IMG/VR virus record: IMGVR_UViG_3300037458_000126
Location: 1-24,406 of that record
DNA length: 24,406 bases
Strand: one strand, 5' to 3'
Source of the DNA: a virus
Lineage: Duplodnaviria > Caudoviricetes
The notes under the pieces are model-generated. The model had not been told where the DNA came from, did no database searches, and saw only the letters and a program-made list of their open reading frames with translations. Positions 1 to 6,591 of this stretch are shown here, one piece after another. The stretch's first letter is position 1. Each line of letters begins with the position of its first letter. A program made the position numbers and the translations under genes.

Positions 1-315
1 AAGTCTGTGTTTAACGAAACCCACGTAGCCTTCATCTGCTACGCGCAGCATGCTGGATATGTCCAGCCAGTGATCCACGCGAGGTGGTCGGCTACGGCCT
101 GCGTGTATGCTCGTAGTCGGGCTGTAAGTGTCCTTGTTGCCGAACCACACTTCGTGCTCGGAGTCGAACACGTACAACGGCCAGTGGTGCCCGTAGGAGA
201 ACACAGCGTACCGGTAGCCTTCGCCTGCCGGGCGTTTCTCCGCGAACAAGTGACTGCCGTTGAACTCTTCGTGCTTGCGCACGTAATGCGCCGCCTGCCG
301 GTTGGCTATCCGCAT
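1..315 (-). CDS. Conserved-type phage hypothetical protein (partial, runs off the window)
   Basis: Not in the ORF track. ATG at 315-313 directly follows the TAA of the VWA gene, with a GGAGG Shine-Dalgarno upstream. Open to position 1: MRIANRQAAHYVRKHEEFNGSHLFAEK...YAVFSYGHHWPLYVFD...WFGNKDTYSPTTSIH. Confidence 0.7.
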   Translation of the reverse strand, partial: MRIANRQAAHYVRKHEEFNGSHLFAEKRPAGEGYRYAVFSYGHHWPLYVFDSEHEVWFGNKDTYSPTTSIHAGRSRPPRVDHWLDISSMLRVADEGYVGFVKHRL

Positions 316-1473
316 TTACACCTCCTTCTCGAACTTGACGTTCATCCCGTAGGGGGCTTTAACGTCGGTGGTCATGAGCCAGACAACGGGCCAGCGGGGC
401 TCGGTGCCGAACGGGGTGTATCCATCGGTGAGGAAGATCACCGTCTCGGGGTCGATGCCCTGCTGGTTAACCCAGTCGTAGGCAACAGGGAGGTCGGTGC
501 CGCCGCCACCGCGCGGGGTGCAGGTAATGGGGAAGTCCTCCGGCTCATACGTATCTGCGTGGTTCACCTCGGTATCGACGTACAGGACATGCACGCGCTC
601 GGGGTTGCACGCCTCCATGATACGGTTGATGTGCCCGTTGAACTCGTTCAGCTCGGCCTGTCCGATACTGCCGGACGTATCGACGACGATGACAACCTCC
701 CCCATCTTCGGCACGTAGTCCTGACCCGGCAGATACACGCCCTGCCCGATGAGTCGTCTGTTCGGCCGCTGCCAGCTGTAGTCATCCTTGATCCTGCCCG
801 CCATGAAGCGTTCCAGTATCTCGTGCCACGGGGTGTGTATCGCCACGATCTCGTCCACGATACGCTTGATGCCAGCGGGGAGCTTACCCATCGCCTCGGC
901 CACCTTGGCGGCTTGCAACATCTCCACCTTCGCCTTGACCTCGATCTCGTGGATTTGGGACGGGTCGAGCGGGTTGCCGTCATCATCCACCGGGTCGCCG
1001 ATATCCTCACCGATGCCTCCGAGTTCTTGTCCGGGTCCATGGCCCTCGCCTTCTGGGGGTTCCTGGTACAACTCTTCCGCCGAGTGGTGCCGCGCACCGT
1101 CGAACGTCACGCAGCCAGGGATAAACTCGCCGATCCCCGCGTCGATCAGGGTGTCGTTGATAACTTCGTCACACGCGTAGTTCCACGCAGGGTGGTCACG
1201 GTGCTTACGGCGTAACGCATGCGACAGCATGAAGTGCATGGCCTCGTGTGCCAGGAGGAACTGGAACTGCTTGACGGTAAGCGTATCCGCGAAGGCAGGG
1301 TTGATACGCATCTGTCCCGTGGCGGACATGGACGCAGTGGGAGTGCTGCTATCCCAGATTATCGGGCGTTGCGCGACTGCCGCGCCGAAGAAGGGGTGGT
1401 CCAGTACCAGGAGGGACTTGGCCTTGGTGAACTTGCGCTGCACCTCGGCGGAGGGTTGGATAGATGTAGTCAT
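316..1473 (-). CDS. HExxH metallopeptidase-like N-terminal domain plus C-terminal VWA domain (DUF2201-like)
   Basis: LLAHEAMH zinc motif, WNYACDEVIN, acidic linker, SWQRPNRR, MIDAS DTSGS...GGGT...TDG; AGGAG SD. Confidence 0.9.
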   Translation of the reverse strand: MTTSIQPSAEVQRKFTKAKSLLVLDHPFFGAAVAQRPIIWDSSTPTASMSATGQMRINPAFADTLTVKQFQFLLAHEAMHFMLSHALRRKHRDHPAWNYACDEVINDTLIDAGIGEFIPGCVTFDGARHHSAEELYQEPPEGEGHGPGQELGGIGEDIGDPVDDDGNPLDPSQIHEIEVKAKVEMLQAAKVAEAMGKLPAGIKRIVDEIVAIHTPWHEILERFMAGRIKDDYSWQRPNRRLIGQGVYLPGQDYVPKMGEVVIVVDTSGSIGQAELNEFNGHINRIMEACNPERVHVLYVDTEVNHADTYEPEDFPITCTPRGGGGTDLPVAYDWVNQQGIDPETVIFLTDGYTPFGTEPRWPVVWLMTTDVKAPYGMNVKFEKEV

Positions 1474-1495
1474 GATTACTCCTTAACTCGTTGTA

Positions 1496-2515
1496 TTACA
1501 CCAACCCCGCCATGTCGTTCATGAGGGTGGCAATCTGCTGCTGGGCACTGGCGCGTACGGTACTGCTGCGTTTGAGTGCTTCGATACCGGTCTCGCTGGC
1601 GTACTGCCCTACCAGGGTGCGCAGGGCGTTGATCTTGTCCGCCACCACGGGGTCGTCGGAGAGGTTCACCACAGCCATGCGATCCGCCACTTCCAGCATG
1701 TTCATGATGGTGCTGTCGTGGAACCGTTGTCCCTTGTCGCCCTTGTACTCGGCGAGACGCTTGGTCGCGGCCTGCATAGGCTCCAGTAGAGACTGAATAA
1801 CGTGCGTTGCTGCGTTACGCTCAGCCTCGCGGATGTCCCGTTCAAGAGACGCACGATCTTCATCGGAGATACTGACACGGAAATCTCCCGCAGTGGGCAC
1901 GGGGCGAAATCGCACGTCGATACCGTAGTACCCCCCGATACTCTTGGGGTAGTCATCGGGCTTGGCCAGCGGGCCGAGGTGCGCCATGTCGTTAGCCACT
2001 TCGGTGGTCCACACGGTTTCCAGCTGTGCCACGGCAGCGTTACACGCGTCGATCCGCTTACGCATCTCGGAGGTGTACTCCAGGTACAGGTCAGCGCGCA
2101 GCAAGTCCACGCCGTTCTCCCACGGTAGCGTGTGCTGCTTGTGGTACGTGTAGGCTTCGGTGAACTTGGCGTTCACCTTGCGCACCAGGGAGTCGCTGCG
2201 CTTGAACAGGTGCTTGTTGAACCTGCCCGCGTTGATGCCGGTCTGTTGAGCCACGATGGACGTGGCTTGCTCGTCGTAAGCGTAGGGGGAGAACATCCGG
2301 CGGGTGAGCTTAACCAGCATAGCCTTGTCAGCCAGGGTCTTGATCGTGGGCGCGGCGTGCGGTTGGTACGCTGGCTGATGAGTCGAGAGTTCGCGCTCCT
2401 CCTCCATGACTGCCACATCGGCCTGCGGTTGGTACACGGGTTCCGGGGTTGCGATAGCCTGCGCCATCGCTTGTTTCAGGAAGTCGGGCAGGTTGCCCAT
2501 GTTGAGGTTAGGCAT
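1496..2515 (-). CDS. DUF3150-like alpha-helical phage protein associated with the MoxR/VWA module
   Basis: 339 aa with AGGAG SD; motifs HTLPW, DDYP, FRPVPTAGDFRV; lies between the AAA and VWA genes. The family name is inferred. Confidence 0.6.
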   Translation of the reverse strand: MPNLNMGNLPDFLKQAMAQAIATPEPVYQPQADVAVMEEERELSTHQPAYQPHAAPTIKTLADKAMLVKLTRRMFSPYAYDEQATSIVAQQTGINAGRFNKHLFKRSDSLVRKVNAKFTEAYTYHKQHTLPWENGVDLLRADLYLEYTSEMRKRIDACNAAVAQLETVWTTEVANDMAHLGPLAKPDDYPKSIGGYYGIDVRFRPVPTAGDFRVSISDEDRASLERDIREAERNAATHVIQSLLEPMQAATKRLAEYKGDKGQRFHDSTIMNMLEVADRMAVVNLSDDPVVADKINALRTLVGQYASETGIEALKRSSTVRASAQQQIATLMNDMAGLV

Positions 2516-2517
2516 GG

Positions 2518-2664
2518 TTACTCCTTATCCAGTGCGTTGTCCCGGCTCCACTGCATCTTGGTGCGCCGGCTGTTGAAGAGTGGGTCAGAGGGCAGGAAGC
2601 GATTGCCAGTTTTCTTCGCCACCCACACGAACCCATAGTGAACGTCGATACGCTTGCACCACAT
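2518..2664 (-). CDS. 48-aa hypothetical protein
   Basis: Not in the track. GAGGAG SD, MWCKRIDVHYGFVWVAKKTGNRFLPSDPLFNSRRTKMQWSRDNALDKE*; fills the gap between its neighbours. Confidence 0.65.
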   Translation of the reverse strand: MWCKRIDVHYGFVWVAKKTGNRFLPSDPLFNSRRTKMQWSRDNALDKE

Positions 2665-2673
2665 AGCTACTCC

Positions 2674-3690
2674 TCAGTTAGAGTTCAAGAAAATGTCCTT
2701 GTTACGGACAGCGAAGTCGATGAACGCCTTCGTGCTGGTGACTTTCGGGCGCATGCGTACCACGTCTGCGATGTACAACATCATGAACTCGCGCGGCATG
2801 CGGTCCATGTACACCATCGCCCTGTCGAAGTTGTCCTCGGTGGTGCGGATGGACAGGGATGTGGTCACGGCGTACTTCACCGCCGGTTCCGGGGGTACTT
2901 CCGCCTGGGCGGGTTGCATGAGGATGTAATCGACGGATGGCATCTTGGCCATGAGGTCTTTGGCCGATACCCACTCAGCCGCTGGGCCTTCGCCCACGTA
3001 ACCCTCAGCCAGTGTGAGGTACAACGACGTATCCATGTGGAACGGCACCTCCGTCCATAGCTTCGTCCAGCTGCGCGGAGTCGGGTTGATACCACGGTTC
3101 GGGTCGAAGTCGTTGATGATGCTAGGGCGAAGGCGAGCGAATGCCACGGCGTGCGGGTCCACGCCCATTTCGAGAAGCTTGGCGCTGTGGTCGTCGATGG
3201 AGTAGTCCATGCCTACGGTGCATACACGGTTACTGTAGTGCGTGGGCAACGTCTTGCTGCCAGCCTTGTCCTTGGCGCGGTTACCTGTAGAGATGAAGAC
3301 CACGGACGGGTCGAACTTGAGCGATTCCACGCGCCGGTCGAGGATCATAGACGCGCAGGCGTTCACCATACTGGTCTGCCCTTGAGCCAAGTCATCCACG
3401 ACGATCATGCCGGGGCCAGTGCCTTCCGCGAAACGAGCCAGCTGGGCAGGGGGGCACCACTCGGTTTGGTTGTCGGGGTTCACCTTGGGTACGCCTGTGA
3501 TATCCACCGGGTCGTGGATGGATGCCAGGAAGATATAGACGCGCTCAGGGGGGATGCCCAGGTCTCTCGCGATCTCGTGGCACATGGAAGACTTACCCAT
3601 TCCGGGGGTGCTCTCGATGTGGAAGACTGCGCTGGGGTTGTTGCGCAGGGTTTGGGTAATGGCGGTTTTGAGTTGGCTGAAGGAAGCCAT
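2674..3690 (-). CDS. MoxR/AAA_5-type AAA+ ATPase
   Basis: Walker A-like STPGMGKS, DITGVP, Walker B-like IVVDD, sensor STGN, SNR arginine finger, TPRSW sensor 2. Start moved to ATG 3690 (MASFSQL) because AAGGAG lies just upstream. Confidence 0.9.
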   Translation of the reverse strand: MASFSQLKTAITQTLRNNPSAVFHIESTPGMGKSSMCHEIARDLGIPPERVYIFLASIHDPVDITGVPKVNPDNQTEWCPPAQLARFAEGTGPGMIVVDDLAQGQTSMVNACASMILDRRVESLKFDPSVVFISTGNRAKDKAGSKTLPTHYSNRVCTVGMDYSIDDHSAKLLEMGVDPHAVAFARLRPSIINDFDPNRGINPTPRSWTKLWTEVPFHMDTSLYLTLAEGYVGEGPAAEWVSAKDLMAKMPSVDYILMQPAQAEVPPEPAVKYAVTTSLSIRTTEDNFDRAMVYMDRMPREFMMLYIADVVRMRPKVTSTKAFIDFAVRNKDIFLNSN

Positions 3691-3844
3691 GTGATTACTC
3701 CTTAACAAGTAGAGAGGACGGTTTCCACGGGTGACGGACAGTACCGAAAAACTCCGCGCCTGCTTACGCCCAGGCCATGCACCGCGTTGTTACGTTACAT
3801 CGTTGTTAGCGCGCTATGAGTCGTCGGCGCGCGGGCTCGTGTGC

Positions 3845-3967
3845 TCACATGTTAGCGCGGGTTGGGCGTAGCTTGACCAGATGCGAGCGGCCGAAGGATG
3901 CCACCACGTCGAAGTCAATTCCCAGGTAAGCCCAGGTAAGCGCCAGCTTAGTCGAGATGCAGAACAT
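3845..3967 (-). CDS. 40-aa hypothetical peptide
   Basis: GGAGGT SD then ATG: MFCISTKLALTWAYLGIDFDVVASFGRSHLVKLRPTRANM*. Confidence 0.5.
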   Translation of the reverse strand: MFCISTKLALTWAYLGIDFDVVASFGRSHLVKLRPTRANM

Positions 3968-4049
3968 GGTACACCTCCACGGGGCAGTAGTAACCATCCT
4001 CGTATTCCACGAGGGGCTCGAAGTCTGGTGTTAACGGGTAAGTTAGCAT
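3948..4049 (-). CDS. 33-aa acidic/aromatic hypothetical peptide
   Basis: GAGGA SD overlapping the end of the previous ORF: MLTYPLTPDFEPLVEYEDGYYCPVEVYHVLHLD*. Confidence 0.5.
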   Translation of the reverse strand: MLTYPLTPDFEPLVEYEDGYYCPVEVYHVLHLD

Positions 4050-4053
4050 GGTG

Positions 4054-4182
4054 TCAGTCCTCGGAGCAATTGGCGAACGTGTAACCCATGAAGCGTGCGA
4101 TGGTCATGGCGGCGCGTGCCTCGTTGCCGAAGTAAAACAGGATGCGCTGGCCTTTGTAGTTAACGTGTTGCAGGATAAGCAT
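4054..4182 (-). CDS. 42-aa hypothetical peptide
   Basis: GAGGAGTAACCCC-ATG at 4182 gives MLILQHVNYKGQRILFYFGNEARAAMTIARFMGYTFANCSED*. The track's longer 4323 start runs through the iteron region. Confidence 0.6.
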   Translation of the reverse strand: MLILQHVNYKGQRILFYFGNEARAAMTIARFMGYTFANCSED

Positions 4183-4250
4183 GGGGTTACTCCTCAACAT
4201 GTTGGGAAATAGGGTTAAGTAGACCACGGGTGTGGTCGGAGGAAAGTTAC

Positions 4251-4590
4251 GGAACAACGAGGGTTGCGCGTCGTTGCGCGGGTTGTTCCATTGAACGGAA
4301 CAGACTTTGTTCCGTTGTTCCAATCGTTGTTCCGTAGAAACGAGTGTCTATAACTATTTATATTATATTATATAGAATGATTGGAACAACGGAACAGACT
4401 TTTAAGAGAGAGAGTACCCCCACGTGTGGCCTTTTTTCTATCCAACTGGAACAAGTGTCGAACCGAAACAAAAAAGGTCAGATTTGGCGACTCTCTCTTT
4501 TTTGGCTTGTTCCGTAGAACGGTAACACTATGATTCTAAAGGATTGTTCAGTGAACCGTTAAAGTGGTTTATGCGTTCCGCTGTTCCGTA
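4251..4590. repeat. Iteron-like GGAAC/GTTCC cluster around an AT-rich core; candidate replication origin
   Basis: 12 GGAAC/GTTCC copies in both orientations; 18-bp perfect inverted repeat at 4308-4325/4379-4396; AT-rich core at ~4349-4378. Confidence 0.6.
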
Positions 4591-4655
4591 GTCCACTGAG
4601 CAAAACTCTATTTTCTTGCGCTCGCCACGTGGAAAGACGCGGCGAAACTTTCTTC

Positions 4656-4684
4656 TTGACAAGAAAACAGAGTTTTGCTAACCT
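4656..4684 (+). promoter_or_regulatory. Sigma70-like promoter, antisense to the early arm
   Basis: TTGACA (4656-4661), 17-bp spacer ending in TGC (extended -10), TAACCT (4679-4684). Confidence 0.5.
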
Positions 4685-4703
4685 GCGAAGGCAGGTTAGC
4701 AAA
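4674..4703. other. Perfect 13-bp hairpin just downstream of the 172-aa gene
   Basis: TTTGCTAACCTGC-GAAG-GCAGGTTAGCAAA; no adjacent U-tract on either strand. Confidence 0.7.
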
Positions 4704-4726
4704 CAAGCGAAAACGCCTAGTTTCGG

Positions 4727-5245
4727 TCAGTCCACAGTTACGGAGACCTTATCCCCGGAAGCGATGGCTTCCAGCAATGGGACATACTCGGCGTGCAAGA
4801 CCTCGCGATCTTGTTTCTTCTGGGCGTTCTTGATCTGCTTGAGCAGGTCGATGACTTTCGCCTGAATGTCGAGGTTGGAGACAATGGATTCCTTGCTTGC
4901 CTTGTACCACTCAACAGTAGCCCACTCCGTGGTGGTGAGCGCGCCGGGCTTTTCGCCGGTCATTTCCTCCACGTCGAAGAAATAGATACCTTCGCGGTTC
5001 TTCTTGCTGTTGGGGTCGGTCTTGCTGTATGCGAGGTTGCCGAACTTCTCGAAGTACGCAACCAGGGATTGCCGGCGCATACCAGCCGACAACGCGTGGA
5101 ACAGCGTATCCGCATTGGTACTGTTGCGATCACGAACGGACAGTTCGATGGCGAACACCGCGCACGCCTGGATGTCCTTATTGAGCAACACCTGACGCGC
5201 TTTGATGCGACCGACGATTTCGTTGAATTGGCTTTGACTGAGCAT
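4727..5245 (-). CDS. Phage early hypothetical protein (172 aa)
   Basis: AGGAG SD and coding-like composition; segment NADTLFHALSAGMRRQSLVAYFEKFG resembles small early proteins of proteobacterial phages. Confidence 0.75.
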   Translation of the reverse strand: MLSQSQFNEIVGRIKARQVLLNKDIQACAVFAIELSVRDRNSTNADTLFHALSAGMRRQSLVAYFEKFGNLAYSKTDPNSKKNREGIYFFDVEEMTGEKPGALTTTEWATVEWYKASKESIVSNLDIQAKVIDLLKQIKNAQKKQDREVLHAEYVPLLEAIASGDKVSVTVD

Positions 5246-5281
5246 GATTTACTCCTAAACGAGTTAGTTGATAGGCTTGAT

Positions 5282-5540
5282 TAATGTCGGCTGATCAGGT
5301 GCGCCCCGTTGGGTTAAAACTTTGTTACGACGCAGGGGGTGGGTTTTTGGGCGCGGTAAGACCAATCGCGCCGTTTCGCGCCGCCAGTCTTGTGAAGCGG
5401 TTGGTTTTTAGTGACCATCGACGCGCGCAGCGCGCCTCGTTTGGTGATCCTTCGTGCTGTGATACTCTCGATTACGCTGGAAAATGTTTTCATGGCTACT
5501 CCTCAGCTAGTAAGGGAGCGCACCTGATCAACCGACATTA
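5282..5540. repeat. Long inverted repeat (23-26 bp) flanking a small ORF
   Basis: TAATGTCGGCTGATCAGGTGCGC (5282-5304) vs GCGCACCTGATCAACCGACATTA (5518-5540), 22/23 complementary. Confidence 0.9.
5314..5493 (-). CDS. 59-aa Arg/Lys-rich basic protein
   Basis: Not in the track. GAGGAGTAGCC-ATG; MKTFSSVIESITARRITKRGALRASMVTKNQPLHKTGGAKRRDWSYRAQKPTPCVVTKF*. Confidence 0.7.
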   Translation of the reverse strand: MKTFSSVIESITARRITKRGALRASMVTKNQPLHKTGGAKRRDWSYRAQKPTPCVVTKF

Positions 5541-5544
5541 GAAA

Positions 5545-5975
5545 GCCTGCGGCATTGCGCCGCAGGATGCACAAAACCCCGCTATGGGCCATTGATGCGA
5601 TCTCTGGCTTTGCAGGGTCTATGCTCAATCCTTGCCTTTGGTGGCATAACTTTCCACCTGCCGCACGCCCTTAACTCAAGGCTTTCGCGCTTAGCCGTGG
5701 CGGGATTGCCACTTATCTACGCTTACGCGGCTCCCCACTTGTGATGGGGTTCCCAAAGTGGACATATCCACTTCGAGCACTTAGACCCTTTCAGCGAAGT
5801 GTGCTACTCGATATGCGATATTCCGCTTACCTTTTGCTACCGAATCCTTACGCTTGCTTCATGGAGGATTAGTTCTCCCCGCCACAAGCGCGTTCAGTCA
5901 CCGGGTCTTAATGTGTCGGCCTTGCTCACCGTGCACCTTTGCAGGTCGGGAGCCCCCTTCGGCCGAGGGTCGGGT
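5545..5975 (-). ncRNA. Candidate large structured ncRNA or 5' leader (family not recognised)
   Basis: No convincing ORF; dense series of hairpins, several with GNRA loops on the minus strand, plus an 8-bp long-range complement (5614-5621/5782-5789). Boundaries are approximate. Confidence 0.5.
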
Positions 5976-6112
5976 ACTACATACATGGCGACTTGTAAAC
6001 ATCCCGACACGCGCCGAGCCTCACACCCACCCCCCACAGGACACCCACCCCCACCAGGCCCCACCCCATGCTTAGGTGTTGCGTTCATAGCGCCCCCTAT
6101 CTCAACAATACC

Positions 6113-6127
6113 TGACTAAATTAGTCA
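6113..6127. promoter_or_regulatory. Palindrome, possible protein-binding site
   Basis: TGACTAA-A-TTAGTCA, a perfect 7-bp inverted repeat in the divergent intergenic region. Confidence 0.4.
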
Positions 6128-6192
6128 ACTATTCCCCTCCGCCCCGCCCGCTTACCAGCTCGCTTCGCCAAACTCCCCCACACCCAACCCCC

Positions 6193-6221
6193 TTGACCCT
6201 TCCCCACTCACCATGTATACA
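6193..6221 (+). promoter_or_regulatory. Sigma70-like promoter for the terminase genes
   Basis: TTGACC-17 bp-TATACA, 7 nt before ATG 6229; overlaps a copy of the operator-like palindrome (6214-6229). Confidence 0.5.
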
Positions 6222-6228
6222 TGTAAGC

Positions 6229-6591
6229 ATGGCTGATACTCTAACGACCCCCGAAGACGCTCTGGCTAAACGGACCCAGCTGCCGCCAGCCCTGGTGGAA
6301 GAAATCCAGGAGAACCCGGAAGCGATCCGCCCCCTGGCGCGTGGTATGGCTGCGATCAACCTGTTTAACCTGTTCGCCAAGGTGTCCCACCCCAACGCCC
6401 CGACCAAGGACAAGCTGGAGTTCCAGAGGGTCGTGAACAAGATTGGTCGATTGGAGCCTGAAACTGTGGCACCGAGTGGTAGCGGAGTAACGATCACGAT
6501 CAGCATCCCTGCTTTGGACGCACAGCCGGAGCGCAACGTGGTGATTGACCAGATTGCGGAACCCACCTTCGAGTTGAGCGCTGTCGAATGA
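6229..6591 (+). CDS. terS: Probable terminase small subunit
   Basis: Directly upstream of the large terminase and overlapping it (ATGA); helical core followed by a SGVTITISIP beta-strand tail. Start moved from TTG 6193 to ATG 6229. Confidence 0.6.
   Translation: MADTLTTPEDALAKRTQLPPALVEEIQENPEAIRPLARGMAAINLFNLFAKVSHPNAPTKDKLEFQRVVNKIGRLEPETVAPSGSGVTITISIPALDAQPERNVVIDQIAEPTFELSAVE

Noticed and set aside
7-1215. 402-aa plus-strand ORF
   Set aside because: Antisense shadow of the VWA gene caused by GC-rich codon bias; no motifs or SD.
3921-3941. 10-bp tandem CCCAGGTAAG x2
   Set aside because: Only two copies inside a small ORF; no further support for function.
4251-4590. Possible CRISPR array
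   Set aside because: Repeats are short, irregularly spaced and in both orientations; no repeat-spacer periodicity and no cas genes.
1471-5505. Recurring (T)TACTCCT motif at six or more gene boundaries
   Set aside because: It is the reverse complement of the AGGAGTA Shine-Dalgarno context of minus-strand genes, not a cassette or recombination repeat.
5690-5735. GAGCCG...CGGCU on the minus strand resembling group II intron domain V
   Set aside because: Length and internal pattern do not fit domain V; no domain VI, RT ORF or interrupted gene.
5799-6119. Track ORFs in the divergent intergenic region
   Set aside because: No SD, low-complexity Pro/Gly translations of the C-tracts, and codon usage unlike the real genes.
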